Assembly: GCA_951406725.2 (NCBI GenBank)
Contig: OX597830.1
Span: forward strand, 38,936,001-39,000,000
Reading direction: 5' to 3'
Length of the DNA: 64,000 nucleotides
Source: Octopus vulgaris
Taxonomy: Eukaryota
This document shows, one piece after another, positions 39,332 to 53,680 of the stretch. Position 1 is the first letter of the stretch. The number at the start of each line of letters is the position of its first letter. The position numbers and the translations under genes are program-made. The notes under the pieces were generated by a model. It was not told the origin of the DNA, searched no databases, and was given only the letters and a program-made list of their open reading frames with translations.

Positions 39332-39899
39332 AAAATAATTTATTTGAGTGGAAGTTGAACAGGATACTGAACCAGTAGCAATGTTTTTTTGTTGAGAAAG
39401 TGTAAAAGTATTATGCCTAACTGGACTGATATATTATTTTTATATAATTATGTTATAAACTATATAGAATAAGATATACTGACACACTGGCAATTCTGGC
39501 GTTATTCGAACAACGAAACTAACGCTAAATGACTAATATATTCCTAAGCAATTTATTTTAGCCTGACACTTTGCAATCTAGACAGTCTACAATTATCTTC
39601 ATCGTGTTTGCATACACACAAAACTACAAGATTTATAGAAGTGTTCATTTTCATGACAATTTTCACACTACAAAGATTATGTGATCTATACAATATGGCC
39701 CAAGGAAATAAATTAGGGAAACATTGTGCAAACTAGCTACTAATAGCTTAAGATTTCTTAGATGTCATCTAGTTAAGTAATTCCTAATATACGATCTGTT
39801 TTATCCGCTATACATTTCAGTAGGAAATTAAAAGTACTTTGTTCTCCATTTTTCAGACAGCCGAAAGTAATGGGGTTACATTTTGGCCAATAACAGAAC

Positions 39900-40330
39900 A
39901 AGCATCATACTTCAACGTATGAAGATAACGGTCACTACCACCACCAATGGCATAACGGTGTTGGTCTCGTCCCTTGGGACCGTCTTCGACTTTCCGTCAA
40001 AACATCCACAGAGATATTTTTTCATTAGTGTCTTCATAAATGTTTCTGAAGCATTCGATAATTTCGTGAGGAGTTGCGGATTCTCTTCTACACCTTTCAT
40101 TGTTTCTCTGTTCATAGTAGGCTTTAAATCTACCTACGACATCTTGATCTGTACGTTAGTGGGGAAACGTTGCATTGGAAAGCCGGTAAGCACCTTTAAT
40201 TTTAAGAATAATGGATGATCTAAGGTCTTATCTAGGATAGCGGTGTTATACCTTTAAAGTAAGATGTATCAATGTTGTTCCTAATAATACTGATATTGGA
40301 GTGTGATATAGATGTATACACGAGTTCCAA
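39900..40330 (-). mobile_element. Decayed Tc1/mariner-like transposase C-terminal fragment
   Basis: VDLKPT..RETMK....PQLLTKL resembles PDLNP..W..LK...P.T..EL; homologous to 37330-37527. Confidence 0.45.
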
Positions 40331-40559
40331 ATTAGCAGACCCTTTGTACATAAGTATATTATTATGGTAAGACTTTTACAAAATTTGCGTTTTTAAAAGA
40401 TATAGCTTGAAATTTCAAAATATACCTAAAAATCGAGAATGATAAAAATGAATATTTTTTAAGAGTTGCCTTGATTTTCATGACTTTCTGCTGCAGGGTT
40501 TATGGAAAATGTGACATTATAAAAATTCTTAGAATATGGCAGACATATAAAGCATACAT

Positions 40560-41700
40560 GTAAATGATGTACAGATAATACACAAGATATTACGGATTAG
40601 TCGGTCCAATTTCATTTATATATTCGGTGCGGAGAACTATTATTTTAGTGTATACAATAGTGAGACAATTGTTAGAAGTACCTTTAAGCTCTCAAGCATT
40701 TTTCTATACACAATTAAACATTATCAGCATTTCAGAGTCTTAATGTTTATTCGGATTACTTGTAACGTTCCCATTACATTTGCTCAAAATTATTATTAAA
40801 TGTAGGGGATTTTGGCTTTCAAATATGATTGGATTGAATATCATGTACCCCATTTTCAATACAGATACATTTAGTTTCCGACAATTAAAGCCTCTTTCAT
40901 CAGGAAATTATATGGGTTGTGTTGGTTCCTTCTACAAATTCTATAATGGGCCTCTTATGCTCCCTTATAATTTCTATAAACAATTTGGCTGCTCAAAGGT
41001 TTACAGCTTATTTATTTCACAGATTTCTTCATGTGAAATTTGTAAATTACATTGTAATATGTTTAGAGTTATTTGTGAAGCCCCTTCTCTCAACAGGAAT
41101 TTACTAGAAGTTACACATTGATTACTTCATCTATCATAATTTCATATAGCATTCTGAAAGCGAAATGGGCAAATACACGTAACCGTATAAAGGAGAGTGA
41201 TTAAGATTTTTACTGAACTGTTGAACTGTATATATGTTTGCGCAGGTATCTGTAGAAGTGTATCTATAAAAAATTCATGCGTAACACTTGAACAGAGATC
41301 TGCAAAATGCATTCGTCTCCGACAATATTTGCAAGAGGTTGGCCTTACAATTTTTGCCCGAATTTGATTATTTTTAAGAGTTATTTAGAACGTGTGCAAT
41401 CACCATTGTTCATTCTTTTCAGGTTTCTAATGAATGTCAAATCAGCGGACCTGAAACACAGCATTGATTCCACATCTGCATGGAAGTAGCATCCCTTGAG
41501 ATTATCTAATTGTAATGAATTCCAGAATACACTGATGCTATCAAGAACAGTTCTTATTTCTATAAAACAAAGTTTTGCATTTTTTTTCTGTAGATGTAAT
41601 GTTACTTCCAAATAATACGAATGAATCGATTTGAATGAAGATTTACATGACTGGGCTTTCTTAATCCCAAATATCGAAATGAAATCCGCGGAAAACATAT
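40560..41700 (+). pseudogene. Possible decayed intronless ionotropic glutamate receptor / variant IR-like sequence
   Basis: Across frames: GLNIMYP..DTFSFRQLKPLS / QEIIWVVLV (cf. GISIM.KP..FSFL.PL..EIW), APSLNRNLL, SSIIISYSILKAK (cf. LIIISSYTANLAA), IFTELLN, YTDAI; many stops and frameshifts; similarity judged by eye. Confidence 0.35.
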
Positions 41701-42587
41701 GTTTATTAAGATGCAAGAACTAAGAAAACGATTTAACTAAAATCATGTTCTGCTTACATTTAAGTAATCAGCATTTCAAGTATTTGACAACGATTCAACT
41801 AGCGTACATTATTGTATATCATTTAATAATCGAAAACTGATTCCACTTAATTTGAACTCAAGTTTAACCATGATAGGTATGAAATCCACAGTCATTGTTA
41901 CGATGTAAATTACATCGAAAAGTTTTCTACACAGTACGTCTTACGTTATACCACAGTGGAAAGAAATAAAGTTTTGAAACATTGGTTAAAACGCTAATTC
42001 TTCAGTAATTAATCGTGCAATATCAAGTACTTTCGAAAAATATATTTGATACAATTTAAGTATAATAAAAACAAAATAATTTCTGTCTAGTCTTAGTGTA
42101 TTTATGACAATTTCTTTAAAGGCTGTGTCACGAAACTCCGGACCTGTGAAGCATTTTATTTCTTTTACACCTAATAAAAAAAAAAAAAACGTATGTATTT
42201 TTCTTTTTCGTTAATTTCTATTTCATTGGCTTGTCTCACTGAACATACACACAAAAACACACACAAATATGTTTCTATACATATAACACATATGTTTATA
42301 CACATACACATACATGCAAAGATACTTATGCACATGGCTCCGTGTGTGTGCGTGGGCATCTGCGTATATGTGAACAAAGAAATATATAGAGTAAGTGAAA
42401 AAGAACTTCAGTGAAGAAAGACGAAGAGAAAATATAAAGACACAAAAATCTACAAAACTACCATCAATGAAATATTAGTTTACCGGACACATTGCTAAGA
42501 ATCAATAAATCGAAATGTTAATCGATATTTCCCTGGGTGATGTTTTGATGCCTATAAACATACATACATATATACACACACACACAC

Positions 42588-42640
<53 letters not shown>

Positions 42641-42970
42641 TGTGTGTGTGCACACGTCGATTGTTCTACTGTGAAAAATGTTTCTTATTTTCTTCTCACC
42701 GTTCTTGACCTACATAGGTGTATTTATTTCCGATAATGAGTAAAACTATAAATACAAAAATACAGACAGATCTATTCAGAGAGTAAATATTTAACATTAG
42801 TAAACGAATGAAATTATACAATAAATATGCCAATAGTAGATTAGTAGGTGACTGAAGACTATAAATGTGTGTATATTTATATGTGCCTGTGTATGTGCTG
42901 TGGGTGCATGTGTATACCTGTCATTCTATGTTTCACTCTATGTGCGTAAGATTGCATTTATGTATGCATG

Positions 42971-43004
<34 letters not shown>

Positions 43005-43047
43005 TTTGTGCGTGTGTGTGTGTATGCAATGCAAGCATATGCATTTG

Positions 43048-43108
<61 letters not shown>

Positions 43109-43443
43109 ATATATGCATCTGTATATATATGCTCATATGGAACCGTCTTGAGTCGCTCGAAGATAACAGCTTGAAAGTAACATCTGAAATTGATTTTATT
43201 CTCTTTCAAAGTGATTAGGAATGCATTATTCTCTGTGAAATCGTTCGTATTTTCTGCTACTTGACAGACTAACAACAAAACTGGAAGTTTCTTTTGAAAG
43301 ACAGTGACAAAAAATATGAAAGACGTGTTTCAAATATATTATATTTTGTTTTATCACAATTTTGCTTTGAGAATTATATTAAAAAATATTTGGGAAGCAG
43401 ACAAAAGAATATTATATTCACCAATGCTGAAAAATTCAATAGC

Positions 43444-43444
<1 letters not shown>

Positions 43445-43506
<62 letters not shown>

Positions 43507-43516
43507 GTTATTATTA

Positions 43517-43547
<31 letters not shown>

Positions 43548-43558
43548 CATTATTATTA

Positions 43559-43611
<53 letters not shown>

Positions 43612-43628
43612 GTTATTATTGTTATTAT

Positions 43629-43661
<33 letters not shown>

Positions 43662-43664
43662 TAC

Positions 43665-43718
<54 letters not shown>

Positions 43719-43935
43719 CACTATTATTATTATCATCATTACTAATGCGCTTAGCTTGTAGAATTGTTGGCAGGCTGGGTGAGATTTTTCGTGGTGTTTC
43801 GTCTGCCTTTGCGTTCAAATTCCGAGGTCGACTTTAACTTTCATCCTTTAGGGGCCGAGAAAATAAGTACCGTGGCAAAATTTGAAACCATTCCACCTCT
43901 TCTTCATTTTCTTCTTCTTCTTCTTCTTCTTCTTC

Positions 43936-44031
<96 letters not shown>

Positions 44032-44041
44032 GTATAGTATA

Positions 44042-44108
<67 letters not shown>

Positions 44109-44118
44109 GTTATTATTA
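43445..44118. repeat. (ATT)n and (CTT)n arrays interleaved with family A SINE fragments
   Basis: Directly visible; SINE pieces at 43745-43890 and 44121-44180. Confidence 0.95.
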
Positions 44119-45015
44119 TAAAGGCGGTGAGCTGGCAGATTCCGTAGCACACCGGGAAAACTGCTTAGCGGCTTTTCGCTGGTTTTGATGAATTTACCAA
44201 AAGATGGTAACATGATGTCATCCATATATGTACATAAGCAAGTATAGAAACACACACACACACACATATAAATATATATGTGTGTGTGCGTACGTGTATG
44301 TATGTATGTGTGTGTGCGTATGTGTGTGTGTGTGATCCCAAATGATGCGTCCGACGAGCAACACTGTCAAACGGTCATAAATTAAATATGTTAAATTCTC
44401 ATTCAGAATTCTGATTGGCCTGACAACTTGCAGCCTCACACGCATACACTAACCCTACACTCAAATACCTACACACACACACATATATATAGATATGTCC
44501 ATGTATGTAAATGAATATATGCATGTGTGCGTATCTGCATAAGTACATATATTCAAGTGTGTACGTGGATATATAGATAGAGAGATAGCGTTAGACTACC
44601 ATTAAAGAACTAGGCATATGTCAAATAATATATAATGTATTTATTGATTATATCTTAGACCCGAGAGCAACGGTCAAAATTAGTCTTATGATTATAGATA
44701 CATTACCTAACTTTAATAATTCTCTTGGGGAAAATCAGCTACATATCTTCTCCCAAATTATTATTTTTTGTCTGTTGTGAATTGTCGAGAGAATATTTGA
44801 ACAGTCTGTGTTTTGTCCGTTCGTTAGTTCTATATCACATAAAGTACACACTCATACCTACATATATGTATAGTCACATAAAAACACTGTATATATATAT
44901 ATATATATATACATATTTTGATAAGCATAACAAATGCGCAACCGGTAAAAAGAACTTTCACCTAATTAAATTACTTAAATTACTTCAATTATTTGTCAGC
45001 ATTTTCTTCATTTCC

Positions 45016-45056
<41 letters not shown>

Positions 45057-45059
45057 GGA

Positions 45060-46900
45060 TGGATGAATTATCCTTTGTTTACCGTTAACTTGGAAAATTC
45101 AATAAACAGTTACCAGGGTAGCAAAATTCACGCAAGTAACACGGATGAAGCGGCCTATTCAAAGGTAGAAGCTCCGGGTTAATGTGCAGTAATTTGTGTA
45201 GTATAAGTAAATAAATGGAGTTGAACGAAGATGTTATTAAAATTCTTTTACTTTCAACATATGTTTCTGATTGGTTCATCCTGTCCGTATCTTTCCCTTA
45301 CGATAAGGGCAAGGGATTTTGTAACATTTGCAACTCTGAACTCTTCCATATTCTCTTCTCTAAAAATCACCTTGTTAACACACTTACAAATGTAAACACT
45401 GGCAGAAACATACCTTCAACTCATATAAGTGATTTCGCCAGTCTTTATAGTTTGAACAGTTAGTTTAACTTGCATTTTACTTCAATAGAGACATCTTTCA
45501 TGAGACATAACATATCTCTATATCCACACCTTCCTTTTCAAGTGATACTTGAAGAGGTTGATAAGCGATTGGCCAGAGAGTAAAGTGTTTGTCTCTAAAT
45601 CTCTTGCTCGAGTCCACCACACATATTCTTTCACCATGGGCACCAGTACGATGAAAACTACCTTGCCTTCCCGGTTAAGGGCAGCTGACGGGTCAATATT
45701 CCCAATAGACTCAGTTGACAACCGAATTCGTTTCTGCCCACTCGCCGCCTTATACCTATTTCTTTATTACCCACAAGGGGCTAAACATAGATGGGACAAA
45801 CAAGGACAGACATAGGTATTAAGTCGATTATATCGACCCCAGAGCGTAACTGGTACTTAATTTATCGACCCCGAAAGGATGAAAGGCAAAGTTGACCTCG
45901 GCGGAATTTGAACTCACAACGTAACGACAGACGAAATACCGCTAAGCATTTCATCCGGCGTGCTAACGTTTCTGCCAGCTCGCCGCCTTATACCGGTGGC
46001 TCGACACTATCACGCTGACGTCGTTCGTGTATGCAGACACCCTCGTCCCGCATCCCAGTTTTCGCGGAATGCCCCTATGCGTCGCCAACTTCCGCAGTAG
46101 TGGCTCTACAGTCAATATGTACAGAAGCCACAAGAAGGGGCATCCTTGAGTTCTTCGGCTCTGTCTTCACTGTCGAATCTAACTTCGATCTTGGCAATTT
46201 ATTTTAAAGGCCTATATCGGCCTTAACCATATTTGTACTGCTTCCTGGGAAGCTCTTTCGAAAACTCTTGTTTTGAAGTTGAGTGTTTTATATATGATTG
46301 TTTCTTTTTTTTTTTGCTTCTTTTTTGTTTTTTTAATGTCTTCAATGATTTTTTGCGGTGTTTGCAGTTGTATAATGTGTTCATCTTTTTTAACTATTGT
46401 CTTGCAAGCAAGCAGTTCTTCCTTCGAAAAGGACACAAATTTTTTTTCTTCAGTTTTAAAGCTGCGGCAAAATTATTTTGTGTGTTCTTGTTAGATGTGG
46501 TGGCGGTGGTGGTGGTGGTGGTGGCGGCAGTGGTGGAGACATTGTTTATAGTAGTAAACGTTGTCTTTACTTTGTTTATATCTTCTACGGCTAGACTGGC
46601 GTTCTTGTCTGTGCGTTCAAGCGAAACGATGTTCTTTTCAGCCTCCCTCACCTCTGGCTTCGGTACTGGCGGAAAGTCAATGTGAGCGGCTTCTTCGTTT
46701 GATTTAGCCATTTTCGTTTAGAAGATGGATAAAGAAAATCGTAGAAAATTTTTTTAATTTTGAAAATTCAATCGCAGTTGGGAAATTTCCCATTAAGATA
46801 TTTACTTGGGTTGAAGGAGAAGATGCTAAATAACTCTTTGACAAAAATATTTAACAATAAACAGTTTTATCTCTACAAATAAATCCATCTTACTTGAAGC
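45060..46900 (-). mobile_element. Internally deleted L1/Tx1-like LINE (ORF1 N-terminus, RT core fragment, ORF2 C-terminus, 3' UTR)
   Basis: RT fragment QGCPFLWLLYILTVEPLLRKL...VSAYTNDV (45995-46148; cf. QGCPLSPLL...AYADD); C-terminal KEYVWWTR...HLKRKV.IER (45500-45720); ORF1-like 46150-46711. Confidence 0.75.
45757..45990 (-). mobile_element. Family A SINE nested in the LINE
   Basis: Well-conserved full copy in reverse orientation. Confidence 0.92.
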
Positions 46901-46922
46901 CGATCTGTCAACAATCCATTCG

Positions 46923-47155
<233 letters not shown>

Positions 47156-47766
47156 GAAAGACAGGCAGATTGATACGCCTTTGCAGACATATACTTTGTG
47201 AATTCCAGCCTCTCCTCACTGCGGTGTAGATGTGTAACATATATAGGGTATTGATGGCAGAGGTTATGCCGTCAGTGGTTACTACTTCCTGTCTAAGAAC
47301 CACCTTATACTCCTAATTAGGTGGGCAAGCTCTGTTAGGGCTTTGACAAAGTAGCACACGGGTCTCTGGTATCATGTGGCTTTTCAAACGGATGAGTTAT
47401 CTTCCTTCCAACGGCTGAAACTACTCTTTAATCTACGACAACTGGAGGTTTATATACTTTACACAGAGTATATAAGTCCAGACAAATTTAGTCTTAAGGC
47501 TATCCACTGTGGCTCCCTTCTGAGCCTCAGCTGTCCCGCAATCTACCTCCTTACGGAGGGCGAAGTGTGTTTATCTGGGGACTACACAGTGCCAGAATTA
47601 GTATAATCAAATCTCTGTTGAAGCTTTAGTTTCTTCTCTCCACCTCAAAGCCCTGTGGTGGTGAGCTGCAAGCAACAGGGACAGGAAATGGGTGTTGTTG
47701 GAGCTGCCTACTTTGTTACCCACATACAGGTGATGTAAGCAAGATCGTTGCTAGAATGGATACACA

Positions 47767-47809
<43 letters not shown>

Positions 47810-49627
47810 ACACACACACACACATATATATATATTGTCTGAGTGTGTGTATGTGTGCGTGTACATGTGTACGTTGTACGTATAATGTTGATTTACACCC
47901 AAATGTCAACTAACTTGTAATACGGTCAGAATTCCTGATAGAATTCCTGGAAGAAGGGTATATATTATTGCATCGATCGCAGAAGTCAAAACGTATATTC
48001 TATTGACGGTTCCGAGATACGAAAGCAGTGCTAACTAACAGAGCATATGGACTCACATTGTAAATGACTGCATCCGCGTACTGCAATTTAGTTTTCGTGC
48101 TCTCCAAGGAATACGGCAATCCATGGCACTGTTTATTTTTGTATTAAACACGAGTCTTCTATAATAAAAATTTAATAAAAATTTGAATGAGTCGAAATGT
48201 AAATTTACAGCTCGCAATCATAATAGAGAATGGTATGATTTATAGATGCATCTATACCAAGACTCAGACAGATGGCTATTAAATAAACACAGAATGTTAT
48301 TGACGTCTAGGGAATGTCTAACTTGTTGAGCAGATAACTGGAAGGAAGCCAGACCACAATAAGTTAACGTGTTCGCACATAAAATTTTAACCTGTTAAAC
48401 TTTGTAATATTGCTAGTGTGAAAGTTGTAATATATATTTATTACATACCAGTAATAGAACTGATATTAAAGACTAAAACATCGCTTTTGTTCAGCAAGTT
48501 TCATTCTGAATTATAATTATGTGAAGGAATCTGTTTGGAAATAATTTTATATTGATTTAGCAGAATGTAATCATCTTTAGTATTTCTGCACACTATACCG
48601 ATACAGACTTTCGGTTAACAGCCGAGATTTGCAACTGATAATTAGGTACGACATTATACAAAATGTTATAAAAATCAGACATGAGTAATGTAACATGTGA
48701 AATGTTTCTGTAACAAATTTGTCAGCGAATATATATTTTACGCTTCAAATATGACACCACAGATTAATAGAAATATCTCATGACGGTCGTTTGGTCATGT
48801 GGACAATTTTCTTAAGTACTTTCTATAATTTTTTTCATAGAATCACAAGTTGATGGTATGATAGTAGTGACGTTTGTTTTAACGGTAATCTAAAGTACCT
48901 AGCATCACATTATTTTATTTCAACTTAATGTAATGTCTTCTTGGCTGGGTGTTCCATTAGTGTGCTTGAAGCGTTAACGTTTCGTATTTTCTCGGATCCG
49001 ATTAGCACTCTCATCATTCGGAAAACGGCTGAAATTGTTTATCATTTAGTTAAATGTAGGGAAACATCCTTGCTTGATATGGGAGTATTAGAAAATTATT
49101 GTGTAGTTCAAGCAATTCCAAGCTTGGTGATATTTTCTGAGATGGAGTTGAACTATGGCATTATGATGTTAAAATTCCACTTTAAAAAACAACTATTATA
49201 ACAACGCTAAAACTACTATTTCATGTTAACTAATAGAAACATGTAAAGCAACGGCATGTGACTTATCCTGCAATTTTAAATAAATTCAACGTTATTTATT
49301 CAGATTATGACAATTCTTAATAATGATGTATGTTCTAGCTCATTATTGTTTGCATTCTTTCATCCTGTGATTTATTAATAAGACAGTTTTCCTTTTTAAA
49401 TGGTTGATGGATCGTATTTCATAAGAGAATAGATAATATTTTGCACAGGTGATATCTAATCTAACTCAAGACATCAGAGGTGATTATGGTTAAATTCAAT
49501 CATAACCCTATATAACGTATATATTTGGTTGATGCCCTTAGGACGAAAGCATAAAGAGTGATTCACCGACATTTGTCATAAATTTTGCAAATATAGTAGG
49601 ATTGTAGGTTCAGTAGTTAAAAATGCT

Positions 49628-50785
49628 GCAAGCTGGCAGAATCGTTAACACGCCGGACAAAATACTGAGTGACATTTTTTCCGGTTCATTTTTTATGTTC
49701 TGTGTGCAAATTTCGCCGAGGTCAATATTGCCTTTTAATGACATGAGTACCATTGGAGAACTGGGGTCGATGTAATAGACAATCCCCGTACCTAAAATTG
49801 CATACCCTGAGCGTATGATAGAATTTTCGGGATATTACCGAAGACGGATGCAACCAACTACAAGCAATTACCAGAACTGTGTCCGATATTTCACTCGCTA
49901 TGATCTATAGTATTCCTTCACTCATTTGTCTCAAAGCTGAAGGTTTCGGAAACAAGCGTAATTTTTTGAAATAGGTATAAATATTTGTAAATATTTAATC
50001 AACGCTAGTATTGAATTATTACTTATGTCACTTATTTTATCGGGTCATGCTTGATAATAGAGAAAATCGTCCGCAATGGAAATTGAGAAAGGATGTAAGG
50101 GACTTATCTATATGATAACAAACGGTATGAGTGCGATCATCCGATGTTATTGTCAGCGCCTTCTCTCCATGTAAATATTATATTATATTAATGACTAGCT
50201 ATTTGTTAGGTTTTATTTTTAAAAAACAATGTGAGGGCACAGAACTGGCAGAATCGTTAAAGCATTAAAAATATTCTTTGTGGCATTTGTTTCGACCATT
50301 TCGAACTAACTTCATTACATACCGAGGTCAACTTTCACTTTCATTCTATGTGCGTCGATAAAAATAATGTGCCAGACAAGTATTGAGTCGATGGTATTGA
50401 CAAATTCCACGTCTATGAAAACTGCTGAGCTTGTACGTAAATAAGAAAACGTTGTTACTGACGCCCCGGGTGCGACAGGCTGAAAGAATTGTTCGTGCAC
50501 CCGTCAAAACGCCTTGCATCTCTTATACCAGGTTTTTACATTCCTACTTCAAACATCGCGGAAGTATTTTGTATCACTGAAATTAGGGACCACGCTAGAA
50601 GGAAATAAAAAATGCTATAAGGTATTTTGTCTGTTTTTACATTCATTGTTCAAATCCCACCAAGACCTATTTTGCCTTTCATCCTTTGGAATTCGATAAA
50701 ATCGGTATTTGTCAAGTATTGGGGAAGATGTAATCAATTTTGACCCCCCGCCCCAAATTTTTAGCGCTTGCCTATAGTAGAAATT
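49628..50785 (+). mobile_element. Three degraded family A SINE copies (~49628-49810, 50235-50450, 50590-50785)
   Basis: gctggcagaatcgttaa heads and gcctttcatccttt core. Confidence 0.65.
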
Positions 50786-50895
50786 GATTGTTATGAGAAA
50801 GCATGCAATGAAGTAAACGAAAAACTATGAGCGGAGATGACAAAATTTATTCCCACTCTTCGGTTTGAGGTTTTAGATTCTCCTCTGTCGTTGTT

Positions 50896-50934
<39 letters not shown>

Positions 50935-51147
50935 GGAGGGAGGGAGGGAGGGAGGGAGGTTATGAGAGGTAATGGTATCAGTAAGACCCAAATGTGTCAG
51001 GTAATGCTGACTAACTGCTATGGATAGACCATAGGGATTATGCGAATAAGGAATCCAACGTAGGTCATATATCAGCGTGTGTATATATAAAAAATTTATG
51101 TTCTAAAACCTTCACAGCCTTGGCCTGAAAAACGTTTATATATATAT

Positions 51148-51216
<69 letters not shown>

Positions 51217-51436
51217 CATATATAAGAAACAATTATGAACTTAGTAAGTTGAACCAGTAAGAAACAATTATGAACTTTTTTGTTACACTTTACTTTTTAA
51301 AATATTTTTGATAAGGTTCGTTTTTTCAAGAAGAACCGAAACATGTAAAATTTCTAAGAAAATTAAAATTTATCTTATATACTGGCGTTTTCAAACTTCT
51401 TTTTTATAAATATATACATATATATATGTATGTATG

Positions 51437-51517
<81 letters not shown>

Positions 51518-52209
51518 AATTTCTACTTCATAATGATTACGTCGACAAACTATGCAATGTTACAGTATGTAGTTAACAAATTTAAAGTTCATATTTGTAC
51601 TCGTCGGTGTAGAGCGTTATCATTCCATATTTTGTTACGAATCAGCTGCCTATTAGCTCGACCAGTCACAGAACTCTGAAAGGCTTATAATAACACAAAC
51701 ATATCCCTTGTCATCTGTGGCCCTCTTCTCTTTCCAGTGTCTGATGCTGCGGAGATAACTACTCCGAAATGCATGCCTCTATCAGCCTGGGTAGGTGGGG
51801 GTTGCACTGAGCTTGGTCTTTTACACCTATTTATCCACTGCGACAAACTTTCCACGTGACAAAATACAGTGAATGAATTTCTTCTGGGTTCTTGATTATG
51901 CCTCAAGTATATTTGAATTGGTAACAAGTCTATTTTTCTGTCTGTTCGTTTTGATTATCACCAATCTTAGGAAGAACAAATGTGGCACCATGTGCCTCTG
52001 TGGTCCCTGTGTTTAAAGTGATATTTATTAATATGATGTGATGCGGAAATTGTAATATATTTAAACATACTTACAAAAGGTATTCAAATAACTGTATCAA
52101 CCACAATAGATAATTAAATGAGACAGACTTTCAATTTAATATAAAACACTTTGAAATAAACTAGCTCCTAAACTAGGCGGAAACTATTGGGGAATCGCAA
52201 ATATTCAGA

Positions 52210-52240
<31 letters not shown>

Positions 52241-52431
52241 CATACATGCATACATACATGCATACATACATGCATACATTCGTGCATACATACATGCATA
52301 CATCCGTACATACATACATGCATACATAGATACATAGATACATACATGCATACATACATACATATGCATACAAAAACACATATACACACATGCATACACA
52401 TATACATATGTACATACATGCACATACATAT

Positions 52432-52476
<45 letters not shown>
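52210..52476. repeat. (CATA)n/(TA)n microsatellite
   Basis: Directly visible. Confidence 0.95.
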
Positions 52477-52478
<2 letters not shown>

Positions 52479-53089
52479 TATATTCTAATAGCTAATATGA
52501 TTGATGAAATTGATAAAACTGTACTTCTAGCATTTCAGGTAGAGTCATTTTACAAAAAAACATGTGTCATAGGTCTCAGTGTCCGAAAAGTATTAGATTA
52601 ACAAACATAAAATTTAGTAGTCTTCAGAGGAAATTCTTAGAAATATGAAACAAGATTTTCTTTCATTAAAACCATATCCTTAAATCCTTAAATCCTTAAA
52701 AATGCTTTAGCCCGAAGGCCGCGGCCATGCTGGGGCACCACCGCTGAATGAGCTACATTAGTTTGTGAATCCACCTCTGATACGTGGCACTTGATCAACA
52801 AGGGAGTTCGATGCTGCTGCCCGCATCCGTGTCTCCTGTCGTGAGGTAGGTTCATCTGGGACTCCCAACAAGAAGAGATCCAGTTTAGTTTTAAAGAAAC
52901 CCACATCCACACCATGTAAGTCTCTCAGGCATTTAAAAAAAATGAGTTATAATCAGTATAATTGAAAAACAGATGAATTTTAGAACTTATGCACTCAGAG
53001 ATTCTTACGTAACTTTGAATATGACACGTGCGTGCCGGTGTATGTGAGTGCGTATATGTAGATACACACATACACGAACACAAACACAC

Positions 53090-53261
53090 AGACATGCACA
53101 CACATGTATATCACACGCACGCAAGCACACGCACACACATACCACAGACTCGCACACACACACACATACACACGCGTGCGCACGCATTCTCAGACACTCA
53201 CACACACGCAAATATATATATATATATAACTGTTTATCTACGTGCACATAAATATATACAA

Positions 53262-53302
<41 letters not shown>

Positions 53303-53388
53303 TATATATGTACATATACATATATATATATAAATATGTGTCTGTGTGTGTGTGTGCTTATATGTATATATATACATATATATATATA

Positions 53389-53433
<45 letters not shown>

Positions 53434-53680
53434 GTACTTATATGTGTGTGTATATATATATATATACATATGTATATATATGTATGTATTCGTATATATT
53501 TATGTGCACGTAGATAAACAGTTATATATATATATTTGCGTGTGTGTGAGTGTCTGTGTGTGAGTGTCTGTGTGTGAGTGTCTGTGCGTGCATGCGCACG
53601 CGTGTGTATGTTTGTGTGTGTGCGAGTCTGTGGTATGTGTGCGTGGGTGTGATATACGTGTGTGTGCATGTGTGTATATA
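53090..53680. repeat. Inverted duplication around a microsatellite spacer
   Basis: taactgtttatctacgtgcacataaatat and ataccacagactcgcaca recur as reverse complements at 53480-53640. Confidence 0.85.

Noticed and set aside
47165-47740. Possible LINE endonuclease remnant
   Set aside because: Slightly GC-richer, but the motifs are too degraded to support a call.
51690-51950. Possible exon (GC-richer island with ttccag and gggtaggt)
   Set aside because: No identifiable peptide or partner exons; splice-like words occur by chance; needs RNA-seq.
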